A stretch of 64,000 nt of DNA from Candidatus Binatia bacterium (GTDB lineage Bacteria > Desulfobacterota > Binatia > UBA9968 > CAXXLF01). Every line of letters starts with the position of its first letter. The first letter of the stretch is position 1. Position numbers and translations under genes: made by a program. The stretch spans positions 1,408,001 to 1,472,000 of the forward strand of contig CAXXLF010000002.1 in assembly GCA_963664015.2 (NCBI GenBank), read 5' to 3'. This document shows positions 35,624 through 46,145 of this stretch, piece by piece. A model generated the notes under the pieces. The model had not been told where the DNA came from. It was given only the letters and a program-made list of their open reading frames with translations, and made no database searches.

Positions 35624-35965
35624 TTATCCCTGATTCCGAGCAACGATACCCCGTTTCCCCATTTCCCGATCCATATTCAAACTCCAACTGACCTTCTTGA
35701 ACTGAGCCCGGCTCATGAGCCGTCCAGCTCCATGGCAAGGTCTGGCGAAAACGGCCTTCATCGCTGCTCGGGTCCCCACCAGGAAATAAGAATAGCGACC
35801 CATGTCTCCGGGTACAAGTGCTGGCTGACTAATCTGCCGGTTAACCTTTGGAACCAACCGGTGACCAGGGGGGGAGGCTCCCGTCGCGCCTTTACTGTGG
35901 ACGCAAAGGCAACGGAGCTCCTCGTTCACCTCATGCTTCTCTAATTTGGCTATATTATGACTAAG
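35624..35965 (-). pseudogene. rtcB: Internal fragment of RtcB RNA ligase
   Basis: HNIAKLEKH...VHSKGAT...QPALVPGDMGRYSY...CHGAGRLMSR match the C-terminal-half motifs of RtcB. The N-terminal metal-binding region and the guanylylated-His segment are missing. Confidence 0.85.
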
Positions 35966-36311
35966 GGACCAATCTGATGCAACCCCATCTGATCTGCCAT
36001 TGCTCGGTCTTCGTTTGTCATTTAAAGATACCTCGGGTGCAGCAGCCAGGGCCCTCTCCTTCGAATTCCACGCCCGGATCCCTGTGTGTCCAATTTTCCG
36101 ACTCATCATACATGTCCTGGTGGCGTCTTTGCTATGGCTAAAAATCTTTTCAGCTCAATGTCCGCTAACATTAGCTTTTCGAGGACTTGAAGAAGGAAAA
36201 CGAACTAATTTTTTTCAAATGCTTACAACAACCTCAAGGTAGAATCAATGGGAGAGGATCGTTAATGGTTATAACCTGGATTGGCCCGTGCCCGATTGTT
36301 GACGGTACTGA

Positions 36312-36683
36312 CTACCGGATCGGAATCGGCCTTCCATCACTGTCGACGGCCACATAGACAACTTCCGCTTCGGTCACCTTGGCATGCTCTTCCGGCCGGT
36401 CCCACCGCTCCGCCTCTACTTCAACACGTACCGTAATGGAGGTATGACCCACTTTGACCGGCTCCGCATAGAAGCTGACCACATCTCCGACGTAGACCGG
36501 GGCAATGAACACGACTTCATGGATGGCCTTGGTCACAAACCGTCGGGGGAAGCTGTGGTGGGCTGCGATGACACCAGCCAAGTCTATGTGACTCAAAATG
36601 ACCCCTCCAAAAATGGTGCCTGCAGCGTTGGTGTCCCGGGGAAGTAGCGTCACCCTGAGGGTGGGATTACGGACGGATGCCAT
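36312..36683 (-). CDS. Hotdog-fold acyl-CoA thioesterase (YciA-like)
   Basis: PRDTNAAGTIFGGVILSHID, VGHTSITV, YVAVD. Confidence 0.93.
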   Translation of the reverse strand: MASVRNPTLRVTLLPRDTNAAGTIFGGVILSHIDLAGVIAAHHSFPRRFVTKAIHEVVFIAPVYVGDVVSFYAEPVKVGHTSITVRVEVEAERWDRPEEHAKVTEAEVVYVAVDSDGRPIPIR

Positions 36684-36752
36684 GGATCGATTTTCTTCAA
36701 ATTGCCGCTGCCTCCTGCTACAGAGCGGGGAAGGCTTTTGGGTTCCCAGGCG

Positions 36753-37670
36753 TCAGAGCTCGGTCAACCAACCAGAGTACTTTTTCTCCTTGCCCTGAGT
36801 TACGTTGAAAAAGAGTCTTTGCAGCTCCTGGGTCATGGGGCCCGCTCCCCCTCCGCCAATCTTCCGGTCGTCCACCTCACGCACCGGGGTAACCTCCGCC
36901 GCGGTTCCTGTGAGAAAGACCTCGTCGGCCACGTAAAGTTCATCGCGGGTGAAGCGGTCTTCGGTCACCTGACTTCCCTGGTCTCGAGCGATGGTAATCA
37001 CCGAGTCCCTCGTGATCCCCGGCAAGATCGAAGTATGAGGTGTCGTTTTAATCTTTCCTTGCCGAACAATAAAGATATTTTCACCGCTGCCTTCGGACAC
37101 ATAGCCCTCGGTATCCAGCATGACCGCTTCGTCGTATCCGGCCAGTTTGACCTCATTCTTAGCCATGACCGAATTGACGTAATTCCCCGAGATCTTGCTT
37201 TTCGTCATAGAGACGTTGACGTGGTGGCGCGTGTAGGACGAGACCTTCACTCGGATACCGTTCTTGATCCCCTCTTCACCCAGATAGGCGCCCCACGGCC
37301 ACACCGCGATAATGACGTGGATCGGGTTTTCCGGTGCATGGAGCCCCATCTCTCCCAACCCGACAAAGGCCAGGGGGCGAATATAGCATTCCTTGAGCTT
37401 GTTGGCCTTGATGACTTGTAAAATTGCCTGTTCGATTTCTTCCTTGCTATAGGGGAACGGAAATCCCAGAATTTGACCAGAATCGAAAAACCTCCGGACG
37501 TGGTCGGTTAAGCGGAAGACCGCCGAGCGGCCGCTTTGCAGAAGATAACAACGAATGCCTTCGAAGTACGAGGTTCCGTAATGAAGGGAATGGACGAGCA
37601 CATGGACTGTGGCTTTATCCCAATCGACCAGGTCCCCATCCATCCATATTTTTTTTCCTTTTGATGACAC
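36753..37670 (-). CDS. ilvE: Branched-chain amino acid aminotransferase
   Basis: [39 protein letters not shown]. Confidence 0.97.
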   Translation of the reverse strand: MSSKGKKIWMDGDLVDWDKATVHVLVHSLHYGTSYFEGIRCYLLQSGRSAVFRLTDHVRRFFDSGQILGFPFPYSKEEIEQAILQVIKANKLKECYIRPLAFVGLGEMGLHAPENPIHVIIAVWPWGAYLGEEGIKNGIRVKVSSYTRHHVNVSMTKSKISGNYVNSVMAKNEVKLAGYDEAVMLDTEGYVSEGSGENIFIVRQGKIKTTPHTSILPGITRDSVITIARDQGSQVTEDRFTRDELYVADEVFLTGTAAEVTPVREVDDRKIGGGGAGPMTQELQRLFFNVTQGKEKKYSGWLTEL

Positions 37671-37826
37671 GTGTCCCTCTCCACTGAAAGATCTGACACT
37701 GCCTCACCTGAGGCTAATGAGGATATTCTACTTCCCCCGACTCCCTCCATCAAGGGCTCCAGATGGAGAGGCCTAAAAATTCAACCCTATAGCCCCACTT
37801 TGGGGAGCTCCTTCTGGACTCGAGAT

Positions 37827-37863
37827 AAAGAAAGGCCACCATGAAGATCACCCCATGGTGGCC
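37827..37863 (-). terminator. Intrinsic terminator of hup (37885-38154)
   Basis: GGCCACCATG...CATGGTGGCC stem followed by TTTCTTT on the minus strand. Confidence 0.75.
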
Positions 37864-37884
37864 GGAGCAAACTAGGGTCGAGTG

Positions 37885-38154
37885 TTACAAACCCTTCTTC
37901 AAGGCCGGTGCCGGTTTGAATCCGACGGTGCGACTAGCCTTTATATTGATAACTGCGCCGGTTTGAGGGTTTCGTCCCTTTCTCGCTTTTCGCGCACGGA
38001 CTGAGAACGTACCAAATCCTGGGACCTGGAATCTCTTATCTTTCCTAATGGCACGGGCGATACTTTGGAAGGTTGCATCCACGGCAGTTCCACCGGCTCG
38101 CTTGCTGAGCTTGGCTGCCTTGGCCACTGCCTCAATCATTTCAGCCTTAGTCAT
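37885..38154 (-). CDS. hup: DNA-binding protein HU (divergent, basic paralog)
   Basis: PGFGTFSVR.RKARKGRNPQTG; AGGAGG RBS. Confidence 0.96.
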   Translation of the reverse strand: MTKAEMIEAVAKAAKLSKRAGGTAVDATFQSIARAIRKDKRFQVPGFGTFSVRARKARKGRNPQTGAVINIKASRTVGFKPAPALKKGL

Positions 38155-38476
38155 CTAACCTTACCTCCTTCTGCGGGTTTCTTGTAAAGTTTTTTAATTT
38201 TGCAAAGTCCCAATACGGGAATCACCACCACAACCGAGATGAATTTCCTATTATCTCCCATCGAAAATGTCAATAAAAAAATCTAATTTGTCCGTTCCAG
38301 GGTATGGGAGCCCTCAAGCAAACACTCTCACCCAATTCGCTAGCTATCGGCCATCAGCTCCAAAAATAGATTCTTTCATATCGGCTAACGAGACGGTCTT
38401 TACTGGGCACGGTGCACCCTTGAGCCCCACAGACAGAGTTGTTACATTAGGCACAAGGTTGCTACGGTTTTTAATT

Positions 38477-38848
38477 ATGGATTCCAGATTGCAAGAAGGC
38501 ATTGGCCTGTTCAATACCGGTCGTTACTTTGAATGTCATGAGTCATTGGAGAAGCTTTATCAACAGTCGGAAGAGGAGCACAAACCCTTTCTTGAAGGAC
38601 TGGTACAGCTCGCTGCAGCCTGCAGACTCCATGCGGACTTTGGCGAGGTTCAAGGACCCGTCCGCATGATTCGCCAGGCGATTATCCGCCTGGAGAACTA
38701 CCAGCCACACTACCTAGGGATCCAAGTCCAAACGCTGATTGGTGCCCTGGAGAAATGGGCCGATGGGATCGAGTCCGACGGGGCTGGTGCCTCCCCGTCC
38801 CAATGGAAACCACCCCAAATCCGCTCGCGCTGGGCCTTCAACCTATGA
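38477..38848 (+). CDS. DUF309 family protein
   Basis: GIGLFN.G.YFECHE.LE and GLVQLAAA..H motifs; stop overlaps the mfd start. Confidence 0.85.
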   Translation: MDSRLQEGIGLFNTGRYFECHESLEKLYQQSEEEHKPFLEGLVQLAAACRLHADFGEVQGPVRMIRQAIIRLENYQPHYLGIQVQTLIGALEKWADGIESDGAGASPSQWKPPQIRSRWAFNL

Positions 38849-41800
38849 GCCCACTATGGGACAAAGTCGAGGAACTTTTTCAGGGAGACTGGAAGGGAGC
38901 TAAAAGACTTCAAGGTCTTTCCGGCGGAACCAAGGCTTACCTGATATCCCTTTTTGCCGCCTGCTCCCGACACCCCATCCTGGCATTGACCGCGACGCCG
39001 AAGCAAGCCGAAGTTCTCTTTCACGACCTTGGCTTTTTTCTCGGTTCAACCGTCGCGGGCTCTCCCGTAGACAAACGGCTCCACCTGTTCCCCTCGTGGG
39101 ACGTTCTCCCCTTGGACAGCCTTTCCCCCCACCCGGAGCTTGGCGCCGCTAGAATCGAGGGGCTGTACCACCTCATGGAGGGACAGGCACCGGTGCTGGT
39201 GTCCACACCGACCGCCTTGATGCAGAAGGTCATACCCAAAGATGCTTTGAAAAAGTCTTTCCTGTACCATGGCCTTGGAGAGGAATTGGACCGCGAAGCA
39301 TTGCTGGCCCATCTCATTGGCTGGGGATTTCAGAACGTTCCGTTGGTGGAAGAGCGAGGTGACTTCAGCGTGAGGGGCGCCATCCTGGATGTTTATCCCC
39401 CTGCCTATTCAAGACCCCTGCGAGTAGAATTTATTGGCGACCGATTGGAATCCATCCGGGAATTCGACCCGTCCAACCAGCGTTCCCGATCCCATCTTGA
39501 GGAACTTCTTATCCTACCCATGAAGGAGTTCTACTTCGACACCGAGCAGAATAAGTCAGCCCTCGGCAAGATCGAGGCTAGGGCTGAAGATCTAGACCTG
39601 AATCGCAAGGAAAAAAACTCTCTATTGGAAGCATTGAGAAGCGGACTACCGTTTTCCGGAATGGAATTTCTCTCACCCTTGTTTTATTCCAATCTGGACC
39701 CACTCTTTGCGTATCTGCCCGCGGATACGCTTTTCTGGTTTGACGAGTCCGACCCCATTGAAGAAGAAGTCAAGCGCTGGGATCATCTCATTGAGGAGAG
39801 GGCAACCAAGGCTGGCAAAGAAGGGCGCCTGATTCCACGACCGCCAGACCTCTATCTAAGCAGGGAGGAATGGCAGGCCGGCCTCGAGTCCTTCGCATCC
39901 ATTCAGAGTGATCCACTGACACTCTTCTCAAGCACCCAGGGAGACTCGAATTCGGTGCTCACTGTAAAATCCCAATCCAACACAGACCTGCATCGGGAAA
40001 TTTCCGCACACCAGACCCAAGAACCTTCTCTGGTGCCGTTCTTAAATCACCTGAAGGACTGGGACGGACAACGGGTCGTATTGGTTGCCCCCAACGAAGG
40101 AGAGGGCACTCGAATTCAAGGGCTCCTGGGCCATTACGAGGTCCAGCTTCCCCTAATGGAAATCCCCTTCCCTCAGCTTGTCTCTCAGGATGGACCGCCC
40201 CTGGCCCTACTTCTCGGGAATCTGTCCCAGGGATTTCGCTTGCCCGAAGATCGACTTGTCGTCGTTACCGTCGATGAGATCCTCGGGACCAAGCGGAGGT
40301 CCCAACCCGTCAAAAGTAAACTCCACGCCAGTCACTTCATCAGCAGCTTAAGCGAACTCAAGCAGGACGATTTCGTAGTTCACCTCGACCATGGAGTCGG
40401 TGTCTATCGTGGGCTCAAGTTTCTCAGGGTCGGGGGAACGGAAGGCGAATTCTTCCATCTGGAGTATCATGGGGGAGACCGACTTTACCTCCCCATCCAT
40501 CGGATCAATCTTGTCCAAAAATACATGGGAGGCGATAGCGCACAACCTACGCTGGATCGACTTGGCGGAGCCTCCTGGGAGAAGATCAAGGCAAAGACAC
40601 GCAAGTCTATCCTCGCCATGGCCAAGGAGCTTTTAGAGATCTACGCGGTCCGCGAGGTTCATGAAGGGCCAACGTTTTCCAGCCCGGACCAACTCTACCG
40701 AGAGTTTGAGGCGTCCTTTGAATTCGAGGAAACACCGGATCAACAGCGAGCCATCGATGAGACTCTAAGCGACATGCAGGGGACCAAACCCATGGATCGC
40801 TTGATCTGCGGCGACGTCGGTTACGGAAAGACCGAGGTGGCACTGAGAGGCGCCTTTATCGCTGCGATGGACGGGAAACAGGTAGCGGTCCTGGCCCCGA
40901 CGACGATCCTGGCAGAACAGCACCTACAAAACTTCCGCCAACGGTTCACCGGTTATCCGGTGAGAATTGAGATACTAAGCCGCTTCTCGAGCACCAAGGA
41001 TGTCCAGCTGGTCCTCAAGGACCTCGCCAAGGGGGCCGTTGATATCGTTATCGGGACCCATCGCCTGCTGCAAAAAGACGTCCAGTTCAAGGACCTGGGA
41101 CTAGTGGTGATCGACGAAGAGCACCGTTTTGGAGTGAGCCACAAGGAACGACTCAAAAAGATGCGCCAACTGGTTGACGTCATCAGCCTCACCGCCACTC
41201 CCATCCCACGCACCCTCCATATGTCGCTCCTGGGAATTCGCGACTTGAGCATTATCGAGAGTCCCCCGACCGGTCGCCAAGCGATCCTAACCTACATCAC
41301 GAGGTTCGAAGACGGAGTGATTCGGGAGGCCGTTTTACGGGAAATTAACCGTGGGGGGCAGGTCTTTTTTCTTCATAACCGCGTGGAAACAATCTACCGA
41401 ATCGCACAAAAACTCTCCAATATCCTCCCCGAGGTCGAAATCGGAATCGCCCACGGTCAAATGTCCCCTCGCGAACTGAAGAAAACCATGGCCGCGTTCC
41501 TTGAAAATCGTACTCAGCTTCTTGTCTGCTCGGCCATTATCGAATCGGGAATCGACTTTCCCAACGCCAACACCATCTTCATCAACCGGGCCGACCGGTT
41601 CGGGCTGGCCCAGCTCTATCAGCTGCGCGGTCGCGTCGGCCGATCCTACCGTAGGGCCTACGCATACCTGCTGATACCGGGGGAACGGACCATCACCCGT
41701 GACGCACAAAAGAGGCTGCACGCATTGCAGGAGATCGATGAGTTAGGGGGCGGCTTTAGGTTAGCCCTCCAAGATCTGGAGATTCGCGGAGCCGGGAACC

Positions 41801-42345
41801 TGCTGGGCGGGCAACAGTCCGGTCACATCGCCGCAGTGGGCCTGGAGTTATATACCCAGATGATGGAAGAGGCGGTGCAGCAGCTGAAGGGTGAAACTCT
41901 GGCACCGAGGATGGAACCGGAGATACGCTTGACCATCCCTGCCTATTTCCCAGACAGCTATATCCCCAACACCAACCAGAGGCTGCTATTTTACAAGCGC
42001 TTGGCCGGCCTGGGGAGCAGCGATGAATTTCAGGCGATCCAGGAGGAGTTGGCAGACCGCTATGGCCCGTGCCCGCCGGTGGTTCAAAACCTCTTTAAGG
42101 TAATGGACCTGCGTCGGGTTTTGAAGGAGAGCCTCATCGAGCAGATCAGTTTCCACCATGGCAAGGTTTCCTTGCTCTTTCACGCCCAGTCGCCCATTTC
42201 AGTGGAACGTCTCCTGGAGTTGATCGAGCAGGATGGAGAGCGCTACCGTCTGTCCCCGGATCGACACCTATCCTTTGTCCCTTCAGGGAAAGGCTGGGGC
42301 AACATCCTCCAAGAGGTCATGACCTTGTTGCAAGTGCTACGCTAG
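38845..42345 (+). CDS. mfd: Transcription-repair coupling factor
   Basis: SVRGAILD, VVHLDHGVG, CGDVGYGKTEVA, DEEH, QLRGRVGR, DLEIRGAGNLLG. Confidence 0.99.
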   Translation: MSPLWDKVEELFQGDWKGAKRLQGLSGGTKAYLISLFAACSRHPILALTATPKQAEVLFHDLGFFLGSTVAGSPVDKRLHLFPSWDVLPLDSLSPHPELGAARIEGLYHLMEGQAPVLVSTPTALMQKVIPKDALKKSFLYHGLGEELDREALLAHLIGWGFQNVPLVEERGDFSVRGAILDVYPPAYSRPLRVEFIGDRLESIREFDPSNQRSRSHLEELLILPMKEFYFDTEQNKSALGKIEARAEDLDLNRKEKNSLLEALRSGLPFSGMEFLSPLFYSNLDPLFAYLPADTLFWFDESDPIEEEVKRWDHLIEERATKAGKEGRLIPRPPDLYLSREEWQAGLESFASIQSDPLTLFSSTQGDSNSVLTVKSQSNTDLHREISAHQTQEPSLVPFLNHLKDWDGQRVVLVAPNEGEGTRIQGLLGHYEVQLPLMEIPFPQLVSQDGPPLALLLGNLSQGFRLPEDRLVVVTVDEILGTKRRSQPVKSKLHASHFISSLSELKQDDFVVHLDHGVGVYRGLKFLRVGGTEGEFFHLEYHGGDRLYLPIHRINLVQKYMGGDSAQPTLDRLGGASWEKIKAKTRKSILAMAKELLEIYAVREVHEGPTFSSPDQLYREFEASFEFEETPDQQRAIDETLSDMQGTKPMDRLICGDVGYGKTEVALRGAFIAAMDGKQVAVLAPTTILAEQHLQNFRQRFTGYPVRIEILSRFSSTKDVQLVLKDLAKGAVDIVIGTHRLLQKDVQFKDLGLVVIDEEHRFGVSHKERLKKMRQLVDVISLTATPIPRTLHMSLLGIRDLSIIESPPTGRQAILTYITRFEDGVIREAVLREINRGGQVFFLHNRVETIYRIAQKLSNILPEVEIGIAHGQMSPRELKKTMAAFLENRTQLLVCSAIIESGIDFPNANTIFINRADRFGLAQLYQLRGRVGRSYRRAYAYLLIPGERTITRDAQKRLHALQEIDELGGGFRLALQDLEIRGAGNLLGGQQSGHIAAVGLELYTQMMEEAVQQLKGETLAPRMEPEIRLTIPAYFPDSYIPNTNQRLLFYKRLAGLGSSDEFQAIQEELADRYGPCPPVVQNLFKVMDLRRVLKESLIEQISFHHGKVSLLFHAQSPISVERLLELIEQDGERYRLSPDRHLSFVPSGKGWGNILQEVMTLLQVLR

Positions 42346-42388
42346 GTATGTTAGCAATTTGGGTGAGTTCAGAGAGGATTTGTTGTTA

Positions 42389-43666
42389 ATGAGACCGGCC
42401 ATATTCAAGCTTGCCACTATCCTAATTCTGGCGGCGGCGGCAGTGCACCTTGTCTCGTTTTCCGCGGCAGCCAAGGTCATAGAGCGGGTTATCGTCGCCA
42501 TCGACAGTGAGCCCTATACCCTTTCAGACGTTAAAACCTACGCCCGGACCAGCATGAAGCAGGAGCTGAGCAGCAAGGACCTTTCCAGCATAAACGAAGT
42601 AGACAAGATAATCCTGGAGCAGTTCATCACGAATCAGCTGATCACTGCTGAGGTTACCCGGCTAGGGATCAAGATCGGTGAACAAGACGTCGATCATTAC
42701 ATCAACATGGTGAAGGAAAAGAGCAGGATCAATGACGAACAGCTCGTCGAGGCATTGAGACGAGAGGGTATGGACCTGCAACGCTACCGGGCGTCCATTC
42801 GCAGCGAGATTCAGAAGCAGGAGCTGATCAAGCAACAGGTCGAAGGAAAAGTCGACATTACCGAGGAAGACGTGCAGCGCTACTACCGCGTCAACGAACG
42901 AAAGTTTACGACCCGGCCGAAGATTCACCTGCGTCATATCTTGCTGCAACTTTCTGAACGGGCACCCTCCGAGAAGGTCAAGGCCACGTTAGAAAACGCC
43001 AACACCATCCGCCAGCGGGCCCAGCAGGGGGAGCCCTTTACCGAATTGGCTAAAAAGCATTCGCAAGGAGACGGTGCCTCTGATGGAGGGGACCTGGGCT
43101 GGCTCATCCGAGATGACCTGATGAAAGAGATTGCCGACGCCGCCTTTGACGTCCCCGACGGGCAGGTAAGCGCTCCCGTCCGGACAAGCCTGGGATATCA
43201 TCTCATCAAGGTGGAAGCGCGCCTTCGAGGAGAGCCCATTCCCCTTGAAAAAGTGGAAAAACAGATTCGAAAAGAACTCTTAGCCAAAGCGATGGAAGAG
43301 CGCTTCCAACAATGGCTCAAGACGGATTTACGGCGTAGGCATCGGGTTGACATAAAGCTACCCGGTTTTGTATTTCGTGCCGAAGAGACCAAGGAAAGCA
43401 CCGTGGACTCCCTGATGGTCTCATCATCACCAGACGACTACGAAGAGGAAAAAACCCTTTTAAACCGGCTCAACCCCTTTAGTACGTCACCCGTAAAGAG
43501 CCCAACGGGGGAGGTCGTACCGGATCTTAGGCAGGTCAAGCTCTTTGGTTTCCCCCTATTCACCACCGAAAGGGGCGATGACGTGGATGGGGATCTCGCA
43601 GATCCGGAAGAGACGTCACAAGGTTCGGAGTCCCGGGGTTTTTGGGGCTCCATCAACCCCTTTTAA
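42389..43666 (+). CDS. surA: SurA-like chaperone with one parvulin PPIase domain and a long C-terminal extension
   Basis: Signal peptide, SurA N-domain, RHIL, F.ELAKKHS, GGDLGW, GYHLIK; mfd-surA-pdxA synteny. Confidence 0.88.
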   Translation: MRPAIFKLATILILAAAAVHLVSFSAAAKVIERVIVAIDSEPYTLSDVKTYARTSMKQELSSKDLSSINEVDKIILEQFITNQLITAEVTRLGIKIGEQDVDHYINMVKEKSRINDEQLVEALRREGMDLQRYRASIRSEIQKQELIKQQVEGKVDITEEDVQRYYRVNERKFTTRPKIHLRHILLQLSERAPSEKVKATLENANTIRQRAQQGEPFTELAKKHSQGDGASDGGDLGWLIRDDLMKEIADAAFDVPDGQVSAPVRTSLGYHLIKVEARLRGEPIPLEKVEKQIRKELLAKAMEERFQQWLKTDLRRRHRVDIKLPGFVFRAEETKESTVDSLMVSSSPDDYEEEKTLLNRLNPFSTSPVKSPTGEVVPDLRQVKLFGFPLFTTERGDDVDGDLADPEETSQGSESRGFWGSINPF

Positions 43667-43741
43667 TGACACCATATCTCCCGATTCTTCATCGGGGAAC
43701 CAAGATAATGTGGATAATCACCTGAAAGAGAGAATTCCGAG

Positions 43742-44755
43742 ATGGCCAAACCCGTGGTGGCTGTCACCCTAGGAGATCCAGCCGGCGTGGGACCCGAGGT
43801 CATCCTCAAGGCCCTCAGTGAACCGGCGATATACAAAGCTTGCCGTCCGGTGGTTCTGGGCGACCTCGGTGTATTAGAACGCACCCGAGCCAAGGGACCG
43901 GCTTCGCGAATCAATCTAATCCCATGGGATGTGGCCGAGCCTCTTCCCCATAGCAGTCGCACTGTTCCCGTCCTAGCTCTCTCCCGTCTTTCCTCCAGAG
44001 ACTCCCGGCCGGGGCGTCCGTCCAAGGCGTGCGGTAATGCAGCTTATAACTACATCACGGCCGCCGTTAAGCTCATCCAAACTGGGGCTGCCGACGCCAT
44101 GGCGACCGCTCCCATTAACAAAAGGATCCTCCATCTGGCCGGCCATCGCTATCCCGGGCATACCGAATTGCTGGCCGAACTAACCGCCACGCGAGAATGT
44201 CGGATGATGATGTTGGGCCAACAACTCAAAGTGGTTCTGGTTACCGTGCATCTTCCCTTGGCCCAGGTCAGTGAAACGCTGAGTACCAGGCAGGTTCGAA
44301 TCACGCTGGAGCTGACCGAGCGGGCCCTGCGCAAATCCTTTGGCCTGTCACGGCCTCGGCTGGCGGTCACGGGCTTAAATCCCCACGCCGGCGAGGACGG
44401 CATTTTCGGATTGGAAGAAAAGAGGATAATCCTACCGGCAATCAAAGCGGCCAGGCAACGAGGGATTCGGGCCTATGGCCCCTTTGCAGCCGACGGTCTT
44501 TTTCACCAGGCCGTGGCCGGCGAATACGATGCGGTCGTCTGTATGTACCATGATCAGGGATTGATCCCGCTCAAGCTGCTTCACTTCTTCGATGGTGTGA
44601 GCCTAACCCTCGGTCTACCCATCATCAGGACCTCCGTAGACCATGGCACGGCGTATGATATTGCAGGCAAAGATAAGGCCGACAGTTCGAGCATGAAAGG
44701 GGCGATTTTAATGGCATCCCAATTGGTACGGCGGAAAAAGGGAGGCGGGCGATGA
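43742..44755 (+). CDS. pdxA: 4-hydroxythreonine-4-phosphate dehydrogenase
   Basis: GDPAGVGPE, GHTE, NPHAGE, MYHDQG, RTSVDHGTA. Confidence 0.97.
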   Translation: MAKPVVAVTLGDPAGVGPEVILKALSEPAIYKACRPVVLGDLGVLERTRAKGPASRINLIPWDVAEPLPHSSRTVPVLALSRLSSRDSRPGRPSKACGNAAYNYITAAVKLIQTGAADAMATAPINKRILHLAGHRYPGHTELLAELTATRECRMMMLGQQLKVVLVTVHLPLAQVSETLSTRQVRITLELTERALRKSFGLSRPRLAVTGLNPHAGEDGIFGLEEKRIILPAIKAARQRGIRAYGPFAADGLFHQAVAGEYDAVVCMYHDQGLIPLKLLHFFDGVSLTLGLPIIRTSVDHGTAYDIAGKDKADSSSMKGAILMASQLVRRKKGGGR

Positions 44756-46107
44756 ATCCTCAGATCTTTCGCGAGTACGACATCCGGGGCTTGGCGGACA
44801 AGGATTTTGACAAAGCCTTTGCGCGCCGATTGGGCAAAGTTCATGGGACCACCATCTTCCGGATGGGTGGTCGTCGGGTCGCTGTCGGCCGCGATGCGCG
44901 TCTCAGCTCGGACCGCTACGGGTCGGCGGTCATCGAAGGCCTTGTCTCGTGCGGATTGCATGTTTTTGATTTGGGGATCTGTCCGACACCACTCCTCTAC
45001 TTTTCCCTCTTTCATCTCGATCTGAGCGGGGGCATTCAAATCACCGCCAGCCACAATCCGTCCGAGTATAACGGGTTCAAGGTCTGCCTTCAGAAAGAAA
45101 CCCTTTACGGCGCTCAGATCCAGGAGCTGAGAAAACGGATGGAACACAGCGACTTCATCGAGAAGCCGGGAGGAAAAGTCGAGAGTTGCCCCGTGGACAC
45201 CGCTTATCAGGAGCATATTCACCGCGACGTTCCGGCACTGTCCCGGCCACTGGGAGTCGTCATCGATGCGGGCAATGGGGTTGCCGGCCCCTTGGCGCCT
45301 CAGGTGACCCGTCAGCTCGGATGCCGTGTATGGGAAATCTCCTGCGACCTCGATGGCACCTTTCCCCTCCACCACCCGGACCCGACGATGCCTGAAAATC
45401 TCCAGGATCTGATTCGCAAGGTCAAAGAAGAGGGGGCCGATCTGGGGATAGCCTACGATGGAGACGGGGACCGTATCGGAGTGATCGACGAACAGGGAAA
45501 CATCGTCTGGGGAGACGAGCTCATGATCCTGTTCTCCCGAGATGTCCTTACGCGCCACCCAGGGGCAGTGATCATTTCCGAGGTCAAGTGCTCCCAAAGG
45601 CTGTTTGACGAGATTGCGCGGCTGGGCGGTGTCCCCATCATGTGGAAGGCGGGGCACTCACTGATCAAGGCCAAGATGAAAGAAACCGGTGCGCTCCTGG
45701 CCGGGGAGATGAGCGGTCACATGTTTTTCGCCGACCGCTATTTCGGTTACGACGACGCCATCTACGCTTCCGTACGTTTACTCGAAATTCTGGCCCGAGA
45801 GAATCGCCCTCTCTCATCCCTTATGGCGGATCTTCCCACGCTCCCGTCAACGCCCGAACTGCGCGTCGATTGCCCCGACGAAATAAAATTTACCCTCGCG
45901 GAGCGTGCCAAGGAGTACTTCCGCCAGCACTACGAGATTGTCGACGTGGACGGCGTGCGCATTCGCTTTGAGCAGGGTTGGGGACTCATTCGCGCTTCCA
46001 ATACCCAACCGGCCCTGGTCCTACGGTTCGAGGCCGAGACCCAAGAGAAGCTCGAAGAGTATCGTAGTATCGTCGAAGAGAAGCTACATGAGCTGCAAAA
46101 AGGCTAG
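44752..46107 (+). CDS. Phosphomannomutase/phosphoglucomutase (AlgC-like)
   Basis: FREYDIRG, TASHNP, DGDGDR, GEMSGH, RASNTQP. Confidence 0.96.
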   Translation: MNPQIFREYDIRGLADKDFDKAFARRLGKVHGTTIFRMGGRRVAVGRDARLSSDRYGSAVIEGLVSCGLHVFDLGICPTPLLYFSLFHLDLSGGIQITASHNPSEYNGFKVCLQKETLYGAQIQELRKRMEHSDFIEKPGGKVESCPVDTAYQEHIHRDVPALSRPLGVVIDAGNGVAGPLAPQVTRQLGCRVWEISCDLDGTFPLHHPDPTMPENLQDLIRKVKEEGADLGIAYDGDGDRIGVIDEQGNIVWGDELMILFSRDVLTRHPGAVIISEVKCSQRLFDEIARLGGVPIMWKAGHSLIKAKMKETGALLAGEMSGHMFFADRYFGYDDAIYASVRLLEILARENRPLSSLMADLPTLPSTPELRVDCPDEIKFTLAERAKEYFRQHYEIVDVDGVRIRFEQGWGLIRASNTQPALVLRFEAETQEKLEEYRSIVEEKLHELQKG

Positions 46108-46145
46108 GCAAACCGCCAAGCCCAATGGGCAAAGCGTTCATAATA

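Noticed and set aside
44581-45657. 358-aa minus-strand ORF; likewise 50618-51454 (minus) and 53503-54348 (plus)
   Set aside because: Fully antisense to PMM/PGM, iscA/nifS and the nucleoside phosphorylase respectively; no independent motifs or RBS.
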